This document shows positions 58,499-64,000 of a DNA stretch of 64,000 nucleotides, in pieces. The position numbers and the translations under genes were made by a program. Where the stretch lies: positions 1 to 64,000 of IMG/VR virus record IMGVR_UViG_3300050821_013777. One strand, 5' to 3'. A model generated the notes under the pieces. That model was not told the origin of the DNA and ran no database searches. It was given only the letters and a program-made list of their open reading frames with translations. Source of the stretch: a virus. Numbering within the stretch: position 1 is the first letter of the stretch; each line of letters opens with the position of its first letter.

Positions 58499-58981
58499 TC
58501 AAGCCGCAGCGGCCCGGCCGACTGTCAGCTGGTCGAGCGCGGCACTGACCTCTTCGTCCTTGTCCAGAATCGCGCGGTCGATCCAGCCGCGGACGCATTC
58601 GAGGCGGTTGCCGGCGAGTCGCTCCCAGACGTAGCAGTTCGAGAGCGCAGTGCGCGTGTGCTCGTCGTTGAATTTGGCCACATCCTGGATGGCGCGCGTG
58701 ATCATGTCCTTGATCCGCGGCAAGTCCTTCGGGTCGCAGAGCACGCCGAACGGCGTTCGCAGGATACACAGGCGCGTGAGCCGCCGCGCGTAGCCAGTTG
58801 CGACGACGTCGGCGCCGCGCCGGTCATCGGAAATCTGGACCTCGCGAACGACCACGAGCTTGTCCCCGTTCTTGGCCGGCACACGCTTGGTCGACCCCGG
58901 CTGGCGGCGCACGTGCCCGGTCTCACCACCCTTGATTCGGATAGTGCCGGTGACGACGATCAGGGGCCGCAGTTCGACCAT
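58499..58981 (-). CDS. Hypothetical protein
   Basis: TATCTT 6 nt before ATG; terminator downstream. Confidence 0.65.
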   Translation of the reverse strand: MVELRPLIVVTGTIRIKGGETGHVRRQPGSTKRVPAKNGDKLVVVREVQISDDRRGADVVATGYARRLTRLCILRTPFGVLCDPKDLPRIKDMITRAIQDVAKFNDEHTRTALSNCYVWERLAGNRLECVRGWIDRAILDKDEEVSAALDQLTVGRAAAA

Positions 58982-58999
58982 GAGCGGAAGATAGCGTCT

Positions 59000-59033
59000 T
59001 GCTAGGCTCCTGGCAAGCTGCTAGGTTCCTGGC
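59000..59033 (+). promoter_or_regulatory. Tandem pair of TGCTAGGyTCCTGGC motifs abutting the wbpE-like start
   Basis: 59000-59014 and 59019-59033; same motif at 23492-23506. Confidence 0.7.
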
Positions 59034-60146
59034 ATGGGCGAAAAGCCGCTGATTCCGTTCGTCGATCTGAAGCCGTACGTCGAGCTGGTGCGCAAGTCGC
59101 AGCCGTTCGAGGAGTTCGAGGAAGAGGTCATCTTCAATCTACTCGACGCTCGCGACTTCATCGGCGGCGGGCCCACCACGACGCGCTTCGAGGAAGCTCT
59201 GGCGAAGAAGCTCGACGTCAAGCATGTCATCAGCTGCGCGAACGGTACCGATGCGCTCCAGCTCGCGCTCCGCGCCTGCGGCATCGAGCGGGGCCATCGC
59301 GTGGCGATCCCGAATCTGACCTTCTGGGCCACGCTTGAAGCCGTTGTGAACGTCGGGGCCACGCCGGTGCTGCTCGACATCGATCCGGAAGACCTGCAGA
59401 TGGACCTCAACGAGTTCCTGCGTGCGCACCGTGCTCGCCACTTCGACGCGATCGTGCTCGCACATCTCTTCGGCTGGTGCTCGTCGAAGCTCTCAGAGTT
59501 TCGAGGCATCTGCCGCGACAAGCGCATCACGCTCATCGAGGATGGCGCGCAGGCGTTTGGTGTGCGGCACGAGGGTCAGAGCGTGTTCGCGGATGCTGAC
59601 GTCGCCACGTTGAGCTTCTATCCAGGCAAGGTGCTCGGCGGGATCGGTGACGGAGGCGCGGTGGTGACTCGCAGCGAGCGAATCGCCAAGCGGGTAAGGG
59701 CGCTCGCAAACCACGGTCGCGTCGACCACTTCGATCACGCCGTCGTCGGGTGGAATTCACGAATGGACGCGATCCAGGCGGCATGGCTGCTGCGTGCGCT
59801 GGAGATGAGCGACAAGGTGATCGACGGGCGAAGAGCTGCGCTGACTGAGCTGACCAAAACTGGCGGCGTTGGCTGCGATCTCGGGAACGCCTATCTCGAC
59901 GTGCGGCAGATCGACAACCCGAAGGTCGTCGCAGCGAAGCTCCGTGAACTGGGCGTCGAGGCGCGGCACGTCTACCCGCGCACGATCGCAGATCAACAGG
60001 GCGCCGCCGGCATCGCGATCCCTGTCGGAACCCTCGCGGCGAGCCGGCGCTTCTGCGAGCGGGTTATCAACCTGCCATTGTGGTACGGGATGCCCGACGA
60101 GGACGTGGAGCGCTGCTCGAACGCGTTCGAGGAGGCGATCCGGTGA
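59034..60146 (+). CDS. wbpE: DegT/DnrJ sugar aminotransferase (WbpE/WlbC-like)
   Basis: IPFVDLK, CANGTDALQLAL, IEDGAQAFG, SFYPGKVLGGIGDGG (PLP Lys), NSRMDAIQAA. Confidence 0.8.
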   Translation: MGEKPLIPFVDLKPYVELVRKSQPFEEFEEEVIFNLLDARDFIGGGPTTTRFEEALAKKLDVKHVISCANGTDALQLALRACGIERGHRVAIPNLTFWATLEAVVNVGATPVLLDIDPEDLQMDLNEFLRAHRARHFDAIVLAHLFGWCSSKLSEFRGICRDKRITLIEDGAQAFGVRHEGQSVFADADVATLSFYPGKVLGGIGDGGAVVTRSERIAKRVRALANHGRVDHFDHAVVGWNSRMDAIQAAWLLRALEMSDKVIDGRRAALTELTKTGGVGCDLGNAYLDVRQIDNPKVVAAKLRELGVEARHVYPRTIADQQGAAGIAIPVGTLAASRRFCERVINLPLWYGMPDEDVERCSNAFEEAIR

Positions 60147-60751
60147 CTGATGAAGGACTGCTAAACGCCGTAGGCACGGATCTGACTGGTAAGTCGACTG
60201 TGTTTAAGGTCGCCTCGACTGCCATCCTGTACAGCCTTGCCATTGGCGACGACACCAAGATCTGGCGCAACGCACATATCTCTCACGGTGCCGTCATTGG
60301 TGCCAACTGCATGATCGGCGAGGGCGTCCACGTCGGGCCTGGCGTCAAGATCGGCAACGGCTGCCGCATTCAGAACGGTGCGCAGCTCTTCGAGGGCGTC
60401 ACGCTCGAAGAGAACGTCTTCGTCGGCCCACACGTCGTCTTCACGAATGTGCTCGTGCCGCGGGCCTTCTCGAAGCGGGCCGGCGCCTTCGGGCAGACGC
60501 TCGTCAAGCGAGGCGCTTCGATCGGCGCGAACGCCACGATCCTGTGCGGCATCGAGATCGGTGAGTTCGCGATGGTCGGCGCCGGGTCGACGGTGACGAG
60601 ACCCGTGCGACAGCGATCGATTGTCGTCGGAAACCCTGCGCAGTTTCGCGCCGACGTCTGCGATTGTGGCGGGAAGTTGTTCCATCTTCAGTGCCCCCAG
60701 TGCCGCGCCAAGTACAGCTACGATGAGACTGGTCCGGTACGCGTGAAATGA
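60143..60751 (+). CDS. wbpD: Hexapeptide-repeat sugar N-acetyltransferase (WbpD/WlbB-like)
   Basis: IGDDTKIW, VFTNVLVPRA, GASIGANATILCG, VGNPA, C-terminal CDCG..CPQC. Confidence 0.85.
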   Translation: MTDEGLLNAVGTDLTGKSTVFKVASTAILYSLAIGDDTKIWRNAHISHGAVIGANCMIGEGVHVGPGVKIGNGCRIQNGAQLFEGVTLEENVFVGPHVVFTNVLVPRAFSKRAGAFGQTLVKRGASIGANATILCGIEIGEFAMVGAGSTVTRPVRQRSIVVGNPAQFRADVCDCGGKLFHLQCPQCRAKYSYDETGPVRVK

Positions 60752-61281
60752 AGAGGCGTCGGCCGAAGTTTGTGCGGATTCCGCTGCACGGTACCCGTGG
60801 GAAGAATTCATACGCGATAATCGACGCAGCTAACTTGCTGCTAGTTGCGCCGCACCGCTGGTTCCTCTCTAAGAGCCCGACGAGCGACATGTGCTACGCG
60901 ATCCGTACTGGAATCAAGAAGGGGGGCAAATACACTACCGTGTACATGCATGCAGTAGTTCGCCCTGACCTCAAGAAGATCGACCATAGAAACAGAAATG
61001 GTCTCGACAACCGGAGGAAGAACCTTCGTCGCGCATCTGAGGGGCAGAATCAGATGAACCGAGGGTTGCCAAAGAACAACACCAGCGGATTCAAGGGCGT
61101 GTCACACGTTAAGCGAAACGGGAAGTGGCGGGCACACATTAGGCGCAGTGCTCTTTTCTATCTTGGCGACTTCCCCACAGCGCGTGAAGCTGCACTAGCT
61201 TATGACGCTGCCGCGCGCAAGCACTGTGGTCGATTCGCTCGATTCAATTTTCCTCGTCGTGGCGAACGCTCTGTGCGATGA
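60748..61281 (+). CDS. HNH-AP2 homing endonuclease
   Basis: IDHRNRNGLDNRRKNLR; NTSGFKGV..WRAHI..YLG..AALAYD..FARFNF. Confidence 0.9.
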   Translation: MKRRRPKFVRIPLHGTRGKNSYAIIDAANLLLVAPHRWFLSKSPTSDMCYAIRTGIKKGGKYTTVYMHAVVRPDLKKIDHRNRNGLDNRRKNLRRASEGQNQMNRGLPKNNTSGFKGVSHVKRNGKWRAHIRRSALFYLGDFPTAREAALAYDAAARKHCGRFARFNFPRRGERSVR

Positions 61282-62081
61282 ATCCATTTCTTAGATGGGC
61301 AGGCGGTAAACGAAAACTCGTAACCGAGATCGCTCCGTGGCTCCCTTATGGTGGTCAATATCATGAATGCTTTCTAGGTAGCGGCGCACTCTTCTTTGCT
61401 CGTCGACCACTATTTGCTTTCCTGTCCGACTCAAACACACTGCTCACGAGAACGTTCGTTGCTGTCCGCCACGATGTCGATGCAGTGATCGCCGCACTCA
61501 AGATTTACGCAGCGGCTTACGCTGAGCACGGTGCTCCATTCTATACCCATGTACGTTCACACCTGAACGAGAACATGGAGGACCCTGAACTGGCTGCCAT
61601 GTTCATTTTCCTCAACAAAACAAATTTTCAAGGCATCTGGCGCGTAAACAGCAGTGGCAAGTACAACGTTCCGTCGGGCACGTTCTCGTCACCACCAACG
61701 ATCTGCGACGAGCCTACGCTGCGTGAGTGCTCGAAGGCGCTCGCCCCCGCGAGGATCATCAACTGTGATTTTCGTGAAGTCGAACGGCGCGCACAGTCGG
61801 GAGACACTGTGTACTGTGACTCGCCGTACGTTCCCGCCTCGGCGACATCCAATTTCACAGCGTACACGAAAGAGCCATTCGGGCCGGACGCGCAGAAGGC
61901 CCTGCGCGACATGGCGCTGCGGCTCAAGACTCGGGGCGTGCACGTTGTTTTGTCGAACTCCGACACGCCGATGGTGCGCGAGCTGTACGCTGGCTGGGAG
62001 CTGAAAGAGATCAGCCGCAGCGGCACGATCAGCTCGAACGCCGCGGGCCGGCAGGCGGTACAGGAGCTGCTGATTCGGTGA
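61278..62081 (+). CDS. dam: Dam-family DNA adenine methyltransferase
   Basis: PFLRWAGGK, ECFLGSGALFF, YNVP, VYCDSPY, VLSNS, ELLI. Confidence 0.85.
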   Translation: MNPFLRWAGGKRKLVTEIAPWLPYGGQYHECFLGSGALFFARRPLFAFLSDSNTLLTRTFVAVRHDVDAVIAALKIYAAAYAEHGAPFYTHVRSHLNENMEDPELAAMFIFLNKTNFQGIWRVNSSGKYNVPSGTFSSPPTICDEPTLRECSKALAPARIINCDFREVERRAQSGDTVYCDSPYVPASATSNFTAYTKEPFGPDAQKALRDMALRLKTRGVHVVLSNSDTPMVRELYAGWELKEISRSGTISSNAAGRQAVQELLIR

Positions 62082-62566
62082 GGAAGAAGCCCAAGCCGCC
62101 CCACCCAAAGCGACCGTGCGAGGTCTGCGGTCGACACATTGCCAACGTGATGAAGGAGAAGCATCGTGCGAGCCAGCTGTGCGGCGCGTACGCGCGAACA
62201 CAGAAGCTACGCCAAGCCGGCTACATCCGGTGCAAAAGCTCAGCACGGCCCATCGAGTGTGCCGGCGTTGACGTGGTCCGAGACCTGACGGTGTACACGT
62301 CTCCAGGCACAGTTGTTCGCGGGGATCCTCAGTTTCATGTCATCAAGGTCCCGTGGGCTCCGTGCTGGGCGGTACTCGTCGCCGAGGCGTGCGGGCGGCT
62401 GCCGCACCAGGAGTACAAGCGGAACCAGCTCCGTCGGAAGCTGCTAATGAGCGCCGCGTACGACGAGCCGTGGCGGCAGACGCTCGAAGCGATCTACAAG
62501 CTCGACGGTGATCAGAAGGCCATCGACGACATGGTGCACGCTGCTGTCAAGGCGTTGCCAAAGTGA
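62078..62566 (+). CDS. Hypothetical protein, FVPxWA-like family
   Basis: CEVCG; WAPCWA..LMSAAYDEPWRQTLEAIYKL. Confidence 0.6.
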   Translation: MRKKPKPPHPKRPCEVCGRHIANVMKEKHRASQLCGAYARTQKLRQAGYIRCKSSARPIECAGVDVVRDLTVYTSPGTVVRGDPQFHVIKVPWAPCWAVLVAEACGRLPHQEYKRNQLRRKLLMSAAYDEPWRQTLEAIYKLDGDQKAIDDMVHAAVKALPK

Positions 62567-62927
62567 CTCTGCGTCCTGGCGCCTCGGAAGTCTTTCGAAT
62601 CATCACGCCGTGCGAGCTGGCCGATGGCAAGAGGCACGTGGTGTCGCTGCGGCTTAGAGCAGACAACCGAGTCACGTTCGAGGGCACCTGCGACTGGCGA
62701 ACAGCCCAGGCTGTCGAGAAGCTCGGCGACCTCCTCACGTGCCGCCGGATGATCGAGGCGCTGAAGGTCAGCATCCGCGGCACAGCACGGGGTCTCGCAA
62801 TAGAGAGGTGCGGCTCGTGCAACATGCTGGTCATTGCGTTCGGCGATGGCCGCTGCCCTGACTGTGCTAGGCGCGGCCTGCACGACGTGCCGTTATGGTC
62901 GCGCATCCTACGCGACGGGCGCGTTCC

Positions 62928-63782
62928 CTAACCGAAGGCTGGGTGGTTGGTGGGCAGCGTCGACGGGGTCTCGGGCTCCTCCGACTTCGGGGGCGCTGGT
63001 TGCGGCAGGTCATCGACGTAACCTTCCGGCCGCGGACCCGCACCCCACGGCATCGGCGGCGAGGAGGCTTCGGAGCGGTACTTCGGCGCCGCCAGCCGAC
63101 GTGAGAGTCGCGAGTCGGGGCGGGCGCGCTTCTTCTCGGCAGCCACCCTCCCGCGCTCCCCGCCGTGCTCGACGTGAAGGTTGCGGTCGGCGAACACGTC
63201 TGTCTCGTTGCCAGCGGCGTCGCGCACGGCCATGTAGCCGCCGTCGGTCATGGTGAACGGCGCCGTGAGCTTCCCCATCCGATCGAAGGGGGCCTGGCCG
63301 TTCGGGTCAAAGTAGCTCGGGAGCACGTAGTTCGAGACCGGAATCTGTCGCGTCTCGGTGCCGACCGTCGCATCCTGCAGATAGTGATCGCCCTCCACCG
63401 GGTCACAGCTCTCGAAGGCGACTTCGCGACCGTCGGGCATTGGCTTCCACACGGAGCAGTCCGGGTCGAGGCTCTCCTCACAGCACTCGTGCGGTCCCGA
63501 CTCGGCATTGTTCTCCGCCAGGACGCGCGCGAAGATGAGCCCCAGCTCGTCGGTGTGGTAGCCGAGCGCATCTGCCACGTCGATCACGTCCTGAACGGTC
63601 ATGACCCGGATCTCGCCGTTCGCGACTTCGTCATCCGGGATCGTGTCGTAGAGGACCACTGGCACGTAGGGGATGTCGTATGCCTTGCAGAACTCCTCGG
63701 ACTGGCGATCCCACGCCTCGACGAGAAACGCCTGCGTGACGGGGTCGATGGTGGTGGTCTGGAAGACGACGCCGATCTGCAT
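62928..63782 (-). CDS. Putative zincin-like metallopeptidase
   Basis: ALGYH, HECCE..DP, ESCDPVE, VSNYVLPSYF. Confidence 0.55.
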   Translation of the reverse strand: MQIGVVFQTTTIDPVTQAFLVEAWDRQSEEFCKAYDIPYVPVVLYDTIPDDEVANGEIRVMTVQDVIDVADALGYHTDELGLIFARVLAENNAESGPHECCEESLDPDCSVWKPMPDGREVAFESCDPVEGDHYLQDATVGTETRQIPVSNYVLPSYFDPNGQAPFDRMGKLTAPFTMTDGGYMAVRDAAGNETDVFADRNLHVEHGGERGRVAAEKKRARPDSRLSRRLAAPKYRSEASSPPMPWGAGPRPEGYVDDLPQPAPPKSEEPETPSTLPTNHPAFG

Positions 63783-63955
63783 CACTGCGCGCCCCCATCG
63801 TGTGGTTTCTTGCTGTCGGTCGGCGGCGGGTAGCACCCCTGCCCGTTTGGGTCCTGCGAGCAGCTCGGGCCAGGCGGTGTGCTGGTCGTGGCGTAGCAGC
63901 CGCACAGCGCGCTCAGGAGTAGCACCGCGCCGATGATGTTCGAGAGCGTGCGCAT
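63782..63955 (-). CDS. 57-aa lipoprotein
   Basis: MRTLSNIIGAVLLLSALCGC lipobox; TGATG overlap with the next gene. Confidence 0.55.
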   Translation of the reverse strand: MRTLSNIIGAVLLLSALCGCYATTSTPPGPSCSQDPNGQGCYPPPTDSKKPHDGGAQ

Positions 63956-64000
63956 CACGCTCTAGTTCGCCGCGTGGGCCGTCAAGTATGCGTTGCCGTG

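Larger units (their letters stand above)
1..64000. mobile_element. Segment of a bacterial virus genome, probably tailless and membrane-containing (vertical jelly-roll lineage)
   Basis: Dense small ORFs with ATGA/TGATG overlaps; lysin, holin-like, HNH, Dam and recombinase genes; structural block rich in TM proteins; no host core genes and no terminase, portal or tail genes seen. Confidence 0.85.

Noticed and set aside
1-64000. Host chromosome with an O-antigen locus, or an integrated tailed prophage
   Set aside because: Sugar genes are interleaved with viral genes; no wzx/wzy, housekeeping genes, att/tRNA boundary or head-tail module is visible

Overview
The window looks like 64 kb of a single GC-rich, gene-dense bacterial virus genome. 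It has more than 120 mostly small, stop/start-coupled ORFs and no host housekeeping, rRNA, tRNA or CRISPR loci. I see no terminase, portal, HK97 capsid or tail genes. Instead, 22.9-39.9 kb holds several beta-rich putative single-jelly-roll proteins, many membrane proteins, a membrane-anchored lytic transglycosylase and a transglutaminase-like protease. From this I infer a tailless, membrane-containing virus, possibly of a myxobacterial host. Well-supported features: a subgroup IA group I intron (34294-34598) in the last codons of the putative major capsid gene, next to a free-standing LAGLIDADG endonuclease; a mini-intein placed directly before the catalytic Cys of the protease; a WbpB/WbpE/WbpD-like diacetamido-sugar pathway with four glycosyltransferases; MoxR-AAA+/vWA, TOPRIM, SET, ParB-like, tyrosine recombinase, Dam, GH25 lysin and two HNH genes. 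The most unusual observation is that about 19 small proteins from several unrelated families carry the same helical motif (A-x-x-x-L-x-x-S) at or near their C-terminus. Most of an approximately 16-member paralog family with a DEGxTWxRGW motif are among them. Also notable are a duplicated promoter-hairpin-box-terminator leader before late genes and a palindromic operator shared by the dispersed glycosylation genes. All functional calls come from motif recognition by eye; no searches were run.
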